NCBI GenBank assembly: GCA_001781435.1
Contig: MFLV01000011.1
Location: forward strand, 11,268-75,267
DNA from: Candidatus Kaiserbacteria bacterium RIFCSPLOWO2_01_FULL_51_21
GTDB lineage: Bacteria; Patescibacteriota; Minisyncoccia; Phycocordibacterales; 2-01-FULL-51-21
Direction of reading: 5' to 3'
Length of the DNA stretch: 64,000 nucleotides
Part shown: positions 55,061 through 64,000 of the stretch, one piece after another
How positions within the stretch are numbered: position 1 is the stretch's first letter
Layout of the letters: each line of letters opens with the position of its first letter
Program-made: the position numbers and the translations under genes
The notes under the pieces: generated by a model
The model's database searches: none
Told to the model about the DNA's origin: nothing
Seen by the model: only the letters and a program-made list of their open reading frames with translations

Positions 55061-55479
55061 TTTTCCTTCGTTCCCGCGTACATGCTTTCCTGAATATCGA
55101 GGCTCCAGGAAAGGTCTTTCAACTTATTCTGCGAAAGCCGCGGTATCGAAAGGAGGGGGGGAATGTTTTTTTCTTGGCCGGCTTTTTGGGGAAGCGTCTT
55201 TTGTTCATGTTTCCAGAGATATAATTTTTTTGAAAAAGCGTAGTAAAATGCCGCTTCAAGCGCATAGATGAACGGACGATTGTTTATTTTATAAAAGGCA
55301 AGGGCGGCGCCGAAAAGAATAATCGGAGCTCCAAGGAGAAGGGCAAGATAGAGTCCGAGGAAGGTGTAGAGGATTACCACAAAACCGCCTGCGCCGGCGA
55401 GGTAGACAAACTGCCGGAATGTTAACGGTCCGATGATTTTATCTTCAATCTCAATAAATTGTGGTACTTGGAATTGCAT
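55039..55479 (-). CDS. Small two-TM membrane protein (VirB3/PrgI-like candidate)
   Basis: FVYLAGAGGFVVILYTFLGLYLALLLGAPIILFGAALAF. Confidence 0.4.
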   Translation of the reverse strand: MQFQVPQFIEIEDKIIGPLTFRQFVYLAGAGGFVVILYTFLGLYLALLLGAPIILFGAALAFYKINNRPFIYALEAAFYYAFSKKLYLWKHEQKTLPQKAGQEKNIPPLLSIPRLSQNKLKDLSWSLDIQESMYAGTKENELRRTN

Positions 55480-55485
55480 ATTGGT

Positions 55486-55590
55486 CAGAAGTACGAAGTA
55501 CGAGTTACGAAGTACGAGTGAAGAAAGAATCGGATGTTTTTTTGAGGTTTCATTTTTATTCGTAATTCGTACTTCTTAATTCGCTATTCG
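55486..55590. repeat. TACGAAT/ATTCGTA heptamer repeat, both arms (inverted) around a T-run
   Basis: cagaagtacgaagtacgagttacgaagtacgagtgaag ... tgtttttttgaggtttcatttttattcgtaattcgtacttcttaattcgctattcg. Confidence 0.65.
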
Positions 55591-56321
55591 ATAGGTTCTT
55601 TGTACGGGTCCACGGTATATGTTTGGGGTTGCTTTGGCTTCTGCGCGGTCTCCATTGCCTGATTCCCTATTCCTGATTCCTGCTTCACTTGGACATTCTC
55701 TCTCGGTAATCGAAACATTTCCAGTAGCTTCGTTTCGGCAATCGTACCGGTCGGCAAATTCGCCGGCACCTCCGCTTTTTTCTGTTCAATTCGTAATTCT
55801 GGTACCTGCGGTTCTGCTGCGGTGGACAGTTCTTCAATCTCCCGGAGTAATTTTTTTCGCTCGATAGTTAGTTCGGGCGGCACTTCGGGTATTTTTGATA
55901 TTTGAGGAATATCCTTTGTGCGCCCAAGCGCTCCAACGGTTGTCTGCGGCGCGAAGACCTCCGGCGCGTTCGCAAGCTCTTGTTCAGCATCCACTTTTGC
56001 ATCTTCCTCAAACATACGACGCAGGGCCTCCCGAATAGGCAAGAAGATTTCCTCATTAACGCTTCCCGTGATAAGTTGCGCTTGCGCGGGCGGAATGTCG
56101 AGCTCACGAGTGAGAGTCTTTGTGAAATCATTTGGTGATTCAAGCCCGAGCATGACGAAGAGCGTTTCGTTCTCAAGTGCCCCCGCCTGGTCAACGTGGA
56201 GCTGATACTTTTTAGCAATGTTTTGGAGCCGCGGTCGCAGGTCGACCGCATTAATGGCATCTTTTATTTCTTTTGGAACCTGCGCGAGTCGTTCTTTTAT
56301 GAGCTGTTGTGTTTCATCCAT
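55584..56321 (-). CDS. Hypothetical protein (T4SS-like cluster)
   Basis: ORF only; charged, P/E-rich C-terminal half. Confidence 0.4.
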   Translation of the reverse strand: MDETQQLIKERLAQVPKEIKDAINAVDLRPRLQNIAKKYQLHVDQAGALENETLFVMLGLESPNDFTKTLTRELDIPPAQAQLITGSVNEEIFLPIREALRRMFEEDAKVDAEQELANAPEVFAPQTTVGALGRTKDIPQISKIPEVPPELTIERKKLLREIEELSTAAEPQVPELRIEQKKAEVPANLPTGTIAETKLLEMFRLPRENVQVKQESGIGNQAMETAQKPKQPQTYTVDPYKEPIE

Positions 56322-56323
56322 AG

Positions 56324-58423
56324 TTATGTGGTTTTAGGTTCTTCTTTTGGTTCTTCGTTTGCTTTTTCTTCGTCCGCAGCTTGTTTTGAGGCTTCAGTGA
56401 CGGCATCAAAAACTTTATCCTTCGGGCTTTTCTTTAGGTTTGCCCGTATTCTAGCGGCGGCGGCACGTTTGGTTGGATTGACGAAGCGGGTGGAGCCAAA
56501 CATATTGGTCTCTACGATTCGGGCATCTGCCTCTTGTCGTGCCCTGCCGCGGCTCTTGATTGCATCCTCAATATTTTTAAGAATAGTGTTGCTTTCTTCT
56601 CTTTTCTTCTTAGCCTCGTCGTATTCCTTTGTTCGCTCGTCCACTTTTTGGTTTGCGCCTTGAAGTTCAGTGTATTCTTTTCTTTGCCGTGCGGCCATTT
56701 CGCCGATGTCCGTTCTTACCGCATTGAATGCCTCTTGAGCCGCTTTCTGTGTTTCCCTTGCAGTTTTCAGTTCTTCCGTAGCCACTTTTTCAAGTCGTAG
56801 TAATTCTGGCAGTTCTGAACGTTTATCTTCTGCTTTCTGCCGGTCTTCTCTCTCTTCTTTTGTTTCTGTCTCTTCGCCGATATATTTGCTGAATTTCAGG
56901 GCCGCCTTCACGTCATCTTCCTTGATCTTGGCGTACCCGCCAGCTACGCCTCCACCTAGAGTAAGCCCCGATATTTTTGCCGCCTCTTTTGTTACGCCGA
57001 GACGGCGTGCATCCATACTTCCTCCCGCAACCTTGAGAAGCCCTTTCGCGGTTGGGCGGGCAATAATCTGCGAGATGTCTTTTGCAAGTCCGCTACGCAT
57101 CGGCTTCCCTTCTTTATTTTCGCCAAGAGCAAGGCGTTTAACCAATCGGCTCTGAGAGAGCGCACTTGCTCCGAGACCGAGCGTGTGTCGCCCAACGAAT
57201 CCGGCAGTGCCCAAAACCTTGTTGAATCCAAAGCTTGTAACCGCGGCACCAAGCTCTCCGCTAAGATCTTTTGTTACCCTGACAGCAATGTATAAAAGGC
57301 CTACGATAACTGCCCAGTTGAAAAAAGCATTTACCGCAAAACCTTGTTCACCTTGTTCGTTAAAGCCGGGAATCTTAGATTGTGCGCCCACAATAAAACC
57401 GCTGTTTGCCACAATAACGATAACCGTAATGAGGAATACGAAGAGGGGTGCCACCGCCGCCTGGCTAACGAGAGTCGTCAGCCACCGGTCGAAGTGTTTT
57501 CTTGTTTTGGGGAGAATGGCGAAGAAAAAAGCTGCGGGAGAGAGAACCATGAGAAAAACAAAAGCGATGAGTCGAGCGATAAGAACAAACGCTCCCATGA
57601 AGAATACCCATGCCGTGATGAGATTGAGGGTGATTTGGAGAATAAGAATTATTGCGGTATTTCCCCTATCGAGCTTCGCGGTAGGAATACTGCCAAACAT
57701 GTCTTTTACTCCCATTCTGCTAAGAAGTGTCGTGCCAACGCTTGGCCTTGTGCCGGCAGTGGCGTTAGTTGCCGCGATCATGCTGTTGTTGAACTGGTTT
57801 GCCACCAAATTTGACGCGTCAATAACAACCCTGGTGATAGGCAGACTGAAGTTAATGAGGAGAGCGACGATAATGAGGCGCGGCAGGAGTGCTTTCATGC
57901 CATAGCCCGAAACCCGCAGGATGGTGGCAATGGCAATCGTAAGGAGCGCAAAGATGAAGAAGAGATTGGTGGTGTCCCGGACGATCTTCCAGCCGTTTTC
58001 TATGGCAAGGACGGCTCCAGGGTCTGCGAGAAAATTGTTTCCGACGGTGAAGGCAATGACGTAGTCAAAAACATAGATGGCAATATAAACAAGGGAAGCG
58101 GAGGCTACCTGGAGTAGCCATAAGATTCCGTTTAAAATGTTTAAACCAGCCCAGCTAAAGAATCCAGTCATACCTGTACCTATGCCTAGCGACTCTGCTC
58201 CCCCCAGAACTGCTATTGCGGCAATAAAAGGAAACCAAAAGACTGCCTCAGCATGTTTGGTCGGGGTGAAAATACCGCCAACAACCACCGCTACACACAC
58301 CGCAATAAGAATTGGGCGGCGGTACACGAGGAAACGTGCACTAAGCCATAAAGAGACTTCACGGTACCGCTCTGACGTTTTTTCGAAAAAGTGTGTCATG
58401 GCGTGGGGGGAAATGCTTGGCAT
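56324..58423 (-). CDS. Large polytopic membrane protein, VirB6/TrbL-like candidate, with a charged coiled-coil C-terminal tail
   Basis: At least eight hydrophobic helices followed by a K/E-rich tail of about 200 aa. Confidence 0.5.
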   Translation of the reverse strand: MPSISPHAMTHFFEKTSERYREVSLWLSARFLVYRRPILIAVCVAVVVGGIFTPTKHAEAVFWFPFIAAIAVLGGAESLGIGTGMTGFFSWAGLNILNGILWLLQVASASLVYIAIYVFDYVIAFTVGNNFLADPGAVLAIENGWKIVRDTTNLFFIFALLTIAIATILRVSGYGMKALLPRLIIVALLINFSLPITRVVIDASNLVANQFNNSMIAATNATAGTRPSVGTTLLSRMGVKDMFGSIPTAKLDRGNTAIILILQITLNLITAWVFFMGAFVLIARLIAFVFLMVLSPAAFFFAILPKTRKHFDRWLTTLVSQAAVAPLFVFLITVIVIVANSGFIVGAQSKIPGFNEQGEQGFAVNAFFNWAVIVGLLYIAVRVTKDLSGELGAAVTSFGFNKVLGTAGFVGRHTLGLGASALSQSRLVKRLALGENKEGKPMRSGLAKDISQIIARPTAKGLLKVAGGSMDARRLGVTKEAAKISGLTLGGGVAGGYAKIKEDDVKAALKFSKYIGEETETKEEREDRQKAEDKRSELPELLRLEKVATEELKTARETQKAAQEAFNAVRTDIGEMAARQRKEYTELQGANQKVDERTKEYDEAKKKREESNTILKNIEDAIKSRGRARQEADARIVETNMFGSTRFVNPTKRAAAARIRANLKKSPKDKVFDAVTEASKQAADEEKANEEPKEEPKTT

Positions 58424-59943
58424 TCATTGAGCTGTTGAACAGTGGTTGGGTCGAGCGCGCTCGTCGTTGATTGAATGTCTGCGCTGGCTTGCTGAGCGTC
58501 GGCGACATCGGCCTGCGTGTGGATGAAGTGGCCGCTCAAGAGCCCTGCGTACTGGTTCGCCACCTGATTGAGGGTCGTCGGGTCGTTTGTGCTTGCCGCG
58601 ACGCTATCGAGCTGCTGGAGAAGTGCGATATTAGTATCGGCGCGGGTGATGGCGTCTTTAAGCGCCGTAAGGGTTGGGGTAAGCGCCGCAAGGGTGCCTG
58701 ACGCCGCGATAATACGGTCGTTCGCCACAGAGAGGTCGGAGTCTGAGAGCAGTCCCGATTGGATTTTGTTGTTGTAGCAAGAAATGACGTTTTCAATGAG
58801 CCGCGTTGAATTCGAGAGCACGGCAAGCGAGAATCCTTGAACCGCCTGGTAGTCCTGCTCAATTGCGATTGAAGCCTGAATGTTTGCTCGGAGTGCCGTT
58901 CTCGTTGAGCTAAGGACTTGGTCGGTGGAGACAGTCGTCGCCGAGCCGAGCCGGGAGGTGTAGGAAGAGCGTCCTCCGGTGCCTGAACTGCTTAAGCCGA
59001 AAAGTCCCTGGGCTCCCGTAAGCGCTTGCTTGGCGATCTGGCCCATGAGCGCACTGATGATCTCGTCGATTTCGTCGGCAAGCTCGAGCTGGCGCTGGCC
59101 GCTCCCAAGCGTATTGTTAAGTTGCTCCTCAATGACTGCCCCGGGAGTTTGGGTCACAATGTCGCAGACGCGAACCGAAGACCCGTCGCCGATTTCCGTG
59201 ACACTCGTGCCCGTGTTTGCTGACGGCGCTTGTTGAGACGGGAATACCTGGCAGTTTTTTTCTTGGCTGAAAGAAAGGAACCCTCTGCCAAAATCAAGTT
59301 TTGCTTTCTCGAGGAATCCAGCGCCTGATATCCGGGCATCGAGCGCCGCTTGAGTCATGACATAGGTGCCATAAGGGTTTGAGAAAGGGTCCATAGTGAG
59401 GGTAGACCACTGTTCAAGGGTGGTGAGACGAACGTTGCTGTCGGTTAAAAATCCCTCTATGTTGCTGACCACCGTAGTCAAGCGGCACTTGACTCTCTCT
59501 CGCGACCGCGAGGTCAAAAGAGAAATCTGGATTTGGAGCTTGAACGGACTGCACAGAAATGCCAGATCGGAGCCGAAAATATAGGCTCCCGCCGCCTTGT
59601 CAGCGACGTCGAGAAGAAATCCTTCAAGGTCGGTAACGAACGCCGGGTTACCCTGAAATCCGGAATTGATCCAATCGACGATGCTTTGCGTGATGGATCG
59701 AAGGAGCATTTTCTCGATTCCATATAAAATGCCGTCAAGAATATTTTCTTTAGTATCAAGAGCGGTCGTAGCTTTTAATATCCCGGCAGTTGGAGGTGAA
59801 AGGACGGTTTTCTGAACATCGGTCGGGACGAGATTCCCCCCGCCTCCGATACCAGGGATACTTTGTGCCAAAACAAGCTGGGGTGCGGCTAAAAGCAGGG
59901 CGAGGAGGAGTGAAAGGGCCTTACTGTGCCAGGAGTTTTGCAT
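58396..59943 (-). CDS. Secreted hypothetical protein (T4SS-like cluster)
   Basis: Signal peptide LSLLLALLLAAPQLVLAQS. Confidence 0.45.
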   Translation of the reverse strand: MQNSWHSKALSLLLALLLAAPQLVLAQSIPGIGGGGNLVPTDVQKTVLSPPTAGILKATTALDTKENILDGILYGIEKMLLRSITQSIVDWINSGFQGNPAFVTDLEGFLLDVADKAAGAYIFGSDLAFLCSPFKLQIQISLLTSRSRERVKCRLTTVVSNIEGFLTDSNVRLTTLEQWSTLTMDPFSNPYGTYVMTQAALDARISGAGFLEKAKLDFGRGFLSFSQEKNCQVFPSQQAPSANTGTSVTEIGDGSSVRVCDIVTQTPGAVIEEQLNNTLGSGQRQLELADEIDEIISALMGQIAKQALTGAQGLFGLSSSGTGGRSSYTSRLGSATTVSTDQVLSSTRTALRANIQASIAIEQDYQAVQGFSLAVLSNSTRLIENVISCYNNKIQSGLLSDSDLSVANDRIIAASGTLAALTPTLTALKDAITRADTNIALLQQLDSVAASTNDPTTLNQVANQYAGLLSGHFIHTQADVADAQQASADIQSTTSALDPTTVQQLNECQAFPPTP

Positions 59944-59945
59944 GA

Positions 59946-60935
59946 TTAATATATCTGGTTTGCAAAAAAGTCAGTACCCGACTCTCCTTCTAGAAAAGTG
60001 ACTCCTCGGCTTTTGGCGTAGGCATACAATGTCTCGAGGGAGACTCCGAGCTCGGAGGAGGCGGTTTTGTATAGTTCGAGTCCTGCAAGCGCAGCCACGG
60101 GGTCGCTGAATAACAAACGCATTTCATCAATGGCGGTTGCAATCGCTTCGGCGTTGTTGATGAGCGAAAGGTGCGCTTGGGCTGCGCCTTTAGGTACGGG
60201 CATTTTTAAAAGAGCGCCGATAACTTTGGTGTAGCTTTCAACGATAATCGAAAGGTCGTCGAGTCTTTTTCCGTCGTTATTTGAAAGAGCTTCAGCGACA
60301 ATAACTATTTCGTGGTCAACGTTCGGTTTTCCGTATCGATTCACAATATCGCCGAGCGCATTGGCATACGCATGAATCGCGGCAGTACTTTCGTCGTTTT
60401 GGATAATAAGATTGCTTGCCGCGTACGTTTTTGGTTGAGGAACGGATACTCTTTGAAGAGCGGCGGTTGCAAGTGAAGTGGAGGTTTCTGAATCGACAGG
60501 AGTGCCTTGCTGTCGAAGGCTTAAATATTTTGCGAATACATCGCGAGCAAGTTTATCTGTTATGGTGGGGGACACTCCCGCGCCCTCTCCTTGCACAGCT
60601 CCCTCAGTGACATCAAGTTTATCGTTCGGTCCTTTTACCAGTGGGTCTCTACCCTCCCGCACCTCCGCACCATCGTCGGTGCCGTCTCCATCAGTGTCTC
60701 CTGCCTGCGGATTAGTGCTCCAGAGCGTTTCTTCCCAGTCGGGGAGGCCGTCAGCGTCTGTGTCCTTTAGAGTATCTTGGCCGATAGAAACACCCTGAGT
60801 GTCGCTTCCGATAAGTGCTAGTCGGAATGTTTCCTTCGGCGCATACTGTGTGCGGTAGAACACAAAACCGATGAGGCATATTGCCGCAAACGCAAAAAGC
60901 GCAAGGGTCCAATTTTTGCTCGGTAAAAAGTTCAA
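59946..60935 (-). CDS. Membrane-anchored protein with DxDxDG Ca-binding-like motifs
   Basis: N-terminal TM. DTDADGLPDWEE...GDTDGDGTDDG. Confidence 0.45.
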   Translation of the reverse strand: MNFLPSKNWTLALFAFAAICLIGFVFYRTQYAPKETFRLALIGSDTQGVSIGQDTLKDTDADGLPDWEETLWSTNPQAGDTDGDGTDDGAEVREGRDPLVKGPNDKLDVTEGAVQGEGAGVSPTITDKLARDVFAKYLSLRQQGTPVDSETSTSLATAALQRVSVPQPKTYAASNLIIQNDESTAAIHAYANALGDIVNRYGKPNVDHEIVIVAEALSNNDGKRLDDLSIIVESYTKVIGALLKMPVPKGAAQAHLSLINNAEAIATAIDEMRLLFSDPVAALAGLELYKTASSELGVSLETLYAYAKSRGVTFLEGESGTDFFANQIY

Positions 60936-61048
60936 GGTAATATTCGGCTGTCTATAAAGTATAGCAGTAGCGCGGGCTATTCTATAGGTTTTTTGTGTGT
61001 ATACGATTCTTTGTTGCGGGGTTCTATAAGGGTGTATACTTTGTAGGC

Positions 61049-61408
61049 ATGAGAGTCTCTTTCATTTTTTGTCTTATAACGGCGCTCGTGGTACTTTCTG
61101 TTCCTTTCTCTGCCCTTGCCCTTATCAGTGGAAGAGCCTTAAGTGGAGGAGTCTTACCTTTTGGCGGTTTTGTTACCTCAATTACCTATTGTAATCAGGG
61201 GGTACTGGAGACCATCAGGCCTGCCGGAAGTTCCCCAAGCACTATTATGTGGCTCTACCCAAGCCCCTTGTATCTTTACAATATGAGTGCCCCACCACAT
61301 GTTGGTCAATGGCAACTCGGCCTTTTGGGTGGGATTGCCTCATGCTATGTTGGTAAAATTTATAGAGGATCTGGTCCAACAATCAAATTTTACGGCTCAA
61401 GTAAATGA
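61049..61408 (+). CDS. Small secreted hypothetical protein
   Basis: Signal peptide MRVSFIFCLITALVVLSVPFSALA. Confidence 0.35.
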   Translation: MRVSFIFCLITALVVLSVPFSALALISGRALSGGVLPFGGFVTSITYCNQGVLETIRPAGSSPSTIMWLYPSPLYLYNMSAPPHVGQWQLGLLGGIASCYVGKIYRGSGPTIKFYGSSK

Positions 61409-61439
61409 TTTTTTTCTAATGATGGACCTCGTAGATCCA

Positions 61440-62228
61440 TCATTTAAGGGAAATGCCCAGTTTAAACCACTTTTTGAGAGAAAGTTCCTCTGCGCGGGCT
61501 TTTGGAGATATACCGAGGGTCTGAAATACCTGCTGGACTTTCCCTTTACCAAAGAAACCGCCTAGATTGCCGGAGAGGAGCTTGCGTTTGTGGGCAAATC
61601 CTATTCGAAGTACCTCGAAAAAGTGCTTCTCGGAGAATCGGGTAAAGTTTTTCTTGGAAATACCATCAATTCGCAAGATGGCCGAATCAACGGCAGGCAC
61701 GGGGCTGAAGCTTCCCCTTTTTACCGTAGCTACATAGTATGGTGTTCCGTATGCTTTTATAGAAAGCGAGAGCAAGGATTCTTTTCTATCGCGGGCGATC
61801 CGTTCAGCGACTTCTTTTTGTACCAGGAGAACCATCTGCTTCGGATACACTGAACTTTCTAAAAGTTTTCGTATGAGTGCTCCCGTGATGTAGTACGGAA
61901 TATTTGCAACGACACTATACTTCCCCGCCGACAGTCCCATTGTAGCTTGGTCAATTTGAAGTGCGTCGCCGTGTATGATAACCAACTGTTTCGCGGAAAT
62001 TTCTTTTGCGAATTGTTTTGTAAGCGGCTCGATAAGACGGTCGTCTTTTTCAATGGCGATAACTTTTCCCATACGTTTCAAAAGTTCTCTCGTGAGTATT
62101 CCGCCACCCGGTCCCACTTCAAGCACGATATCTTTATTGGTGAGACGCGCGGCATCGGCAATTTTTCCCGCGATGGTGGACGACGTAAGAAAATGCTGCC
62201 CCAACGATTTTTTCTTTATAAACAACAC
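61440..62228 (-). CDS. rsmA: 16S rRNA (adenine1518/1519-N6)-dimethyltransferase
   Basis: LGQHFLTSSTIAGKIADAA...VLEVGPGGGILT. Confidence 0.85.
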   Translation of the reverse strand: MLFIKKKSLGQHFLTSSTIAGKIADAARLTNKDIVLEVGPGGGILTRELLKRMGKVIAIEKDDRLIEPLTKQFAKEISAKQLVIIHGDALQIDQATMGLSAGKYSVVANIPYYITGALIRKLLESSVYPKQMVLLVQKEVAERIARDRKESLLSLSIKAYGTPYYVATVKRGSFSPVPAVDSAILRIDGISKKNFTRFSEKHFFEVLRIGFAHKRKLLSGNLGGFFGKGKVQQVFQTLGISPKARAEELSLKKWFKLGISLK

Positions 62229-62260
62229 ACTTTTAGCTATTATGATATATCATAATAATT

Positions 62261-64000
62261 TTATTCGAGATAGATTATTTTCTTTTTCTCTACACGCTCC
62301 TCTACTGGCTCGAGATGTTCGTCGCCTAGGTCGATGATGAATTCCGACGGCACGTTGACGCGTGAAGAGCCGAAAATGGTTCGGACGGCGGCAAAAGAGA
62401 GGAATATTTTTTTGCGTGCGCGAGTAAGTGCAACATACATAAGACGCCGTTCTTCCTCTTCATCCCGCTCTTCCCCCTCGAACCCTTCATGGGGGAAAAG
62501 CCCCTCTTCAAGCCCGGTGATGAAGACAACATCAAACTCCAAGCCCTTCGCGGCATGTACCGTCATAAGTTTAACGCTGTCACGGTCGTCTTTCATCTCA
62601 TCCTGGTCCGTCGCAAGCGCCGCGTCAGTAAGGAGCGCTTCGATTCCCTCTTCTGGAGCAAGGGAATCGTACTTTGTCGCAAGCGTTACAAGCTCTCGGA
62701 TATTCTCAAGCCGCTCTAAATCGTCATCACTTCCCGCTTTTAATTTTTCCTCGAGTCCGCTTCGAGCAATAACAAAACGAATTGTATCGGACGGTTTTTT
62801 TACCCCGATGGATTCTCGGATGTTCGCCAAAAGCTTCTGAAATTGAGCTACCTTTTGTCGTTGTCCCAGATTCATTTTCTCCTCTTGTTTCGCAAACATC
62901 GCGAGGAGCGTTACTTTCCCGATGCCGCGCGGTGGCACATTAATGACGCGCTTCACGTCCGCGAGGCTTCCTGGGTTTAACGCCGCGCGCAAAAAGGCGA
63001 GGACATCTTTGATTTCTTTCCGTTCGAAAAATTGGACGCCGAGTACCTGATAGGGCATGCCTTCCGCAAGCATTGCTTCTTCAAGGACGCGCGACTGGAA
63101 GTTCGCGCGATAGAGTACCGCGATGTCACTCGCGGCAATCCCTTGTCGCAGGAGTTTGTGTGCGGTGCCCGCGACGAAGTTCGCTTCTTCCGTTTCGTCT
63201 GATGCGCCGTAAAGCGATATCCTCTCTCCCGTCGCATTCGAGGTGAAAAGTTTTTTTTCTTTTCGTTTCCGGTTCTTGCGGATGACCTCGTTTGCGGCGG
63301 CAAGAATGGATTTCGTCGAGCGGTAATTTTCTTCAAGCATTACGACTTCGGCGCTCGGATGGCGCACTTCAAATTCCAAAAGATTTTCAAGGTCGGCGCC
63401 GCGCCATGAATAAATATTTTGGTCGATGTCTCCGACAACACACAAATTTCCTTCTTTCGATGCAAGCAGTTCCGCAAGTTCGTTCTGGACGACGTTGGTG
63501 TCCTGGTATTCGTCGATGTGAATATAGCGCCACTGTTTCTGGTACTGCCGGAGGGTCTCCGGATTTTTTCTAAGAAGCACGAGTGTTTTAAGAAGCAAAT
63601 CATCGAAATCAAGAGCTCCCTCATCAAGCAATACCTTTTCATATTTCTGCCAGACCGCAGCGACGGTGCGCTCGAAAAAATCGTTGCCCACCGTCTCACG
63701 GTACTCGGTTTCCGTTACTGCGTTTCCCTTTTGGCGCGAGATGGCATTCAGAATTTTGCGCGGCTCCAGTGTTTTCGGGTCGAGCCCAACTTCCTGCATT
63801 GCAGTCTTTATTCCCCGCACGCTGTCGGAGCGGTCATAGATTTTAAAGTGGCGAGTGAGCCCGAACGCCCGGGCGTTCTCCCTAATGATGTGGACGCCGA
63901 GCGAGTGAAAGGTGGCAACGAAGGGACGATTGTAGAGGAAAATAGGCAAGTTAAGACCTCGGTCTTCCCCGAGGATGCGCCCCACCCGCTCCCGCATCTC
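62261..64000 (-). CDS. uvrD: UvrD/PcrA-family DNA helicase, C-terminal ~580 aa; the 5' end lies beyond the window
   Basis: IHIDEYQDTN, VGDIDQNIYSWRGA, LEENYRST and VKLMTVHAAKGLEFDVVF helicase motifs. The open frame continues to the window edge. Confidence 0.85.
   Translation of the reverse strand, partial: EMRERVGRILGEDRGLNLPIFLYNRPFVATFHSLGVHIIRENARAFGLTRHFKIYDRSDSVRGIKTAMQEVGLDPKTLEPRKILNAISRQKGNAVTETEYRETVGNDFFERTVAAVWQKYEKVLLDEGALDFDDLLLKTLVLLRKNPETLRQYQKQWRYIHIDEYQDTNVVQNELAELLASKEGNLCVVGDIDQNIYSWRGADLENLLEFEVRHPSAEVVMLEENYRSTKSILAAANEVIRKNRKRKEKKLFTSNATGERISLYGASDETEEANFVAGTAHKLLRQGIAASDIAVLYRANFQSRVLEEAMLAEGMPYQVLGVQFFERKEIKDVLAFLRAALNPGSLADVKRVINVPPRGIGKVTLLAMFAKQEEKMNLGQRQKVAQFQKLLANIRESIGVKKPSDTIRFVIARSGLEEKLKAGSDDDLERLENIRELVTLATKYDSLAPEEGIEALLTDAALATDQDEMKDDRDSVKLMTVHAAKGLEFDVVFITGLEEGLFPHEGFEGEERDEEEERRLMYVALTRARKKIFLSFAAVRTIFGSSRVNVPSEFIIDLGDEHLEPVEERVEKKKIIYLE

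Noticed and set aside
56196-57905. Plus-strand ORFs (155, 240 and 156 aa) inside the VirB6-like gene
   Set aside because: They are antisense to a long membrane-protein frame with coherent TM helices.

Overview
This 64 kb window looks like a compact chromosomal segment from a small-genome bacterium; the Patescibacteria/CPR-like assignment is an inference from gene content and architecture. It includes the replication origin neighbourhood (rpmH-rnpA-yidC-jag, then dnaA, an AT-rich DnaA-box region, dnaN and a DUF721 gene). Translations support these housekeeping genes: ileS (partial), argS, a dTMP-synthesis cluster (dcd-thyA-glyA-tmk with divergent folA), rplK-nusG-secE, rplS, rpsT, uppS, ruvA, ruvB, yebC-ruvC, ruvX, polA, holA-like, tsaE, tyrS, PBP1A, rsmA, uvrD (partial), type IV pilus genes (pilM/N/O, pilB), and ten tRNAs. 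Accessory or unusual content includes a free-standing LAGLIDADG homing endonuclease abutting tRNA-Leu, an alternative oxidase (AOX) homolog next to a ZIP transporter, and a GC-rich island carrying an unknown gene plus a degenerate duplicate of its 3' end. A large minus-strand type IV secretion-like cluster (VirB4, VirB6-like, pilin-like and secreted or membrane proteins) is interrupted by a four-helix-bundle (23S rRNA IVS-type) gene. A secreted protein carries four tandem Ca-binding repeats. Three non-coding features recur. First, roughly 75-nt structured repeats with long bulged hairpins sit immediately downstream of tRNA genes and show compensatory base changes between copies. Second, tRNA-Ser and tRNA-Arg(CCG) are each followed about 150 bp downstream by a duplicate of their own 3' end, which looks like an integration footprint or a tRNA-like RNA. 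Third, a heptamer-periodic TACGAAT/ATTCGTA inverted-repeat family occupies at least eight intergenic spacers, mostly hugging start codons and densest inside the T4SS-like cluster. Every functional assignment rests on reading the translations and sequence by eye; no database search was run.
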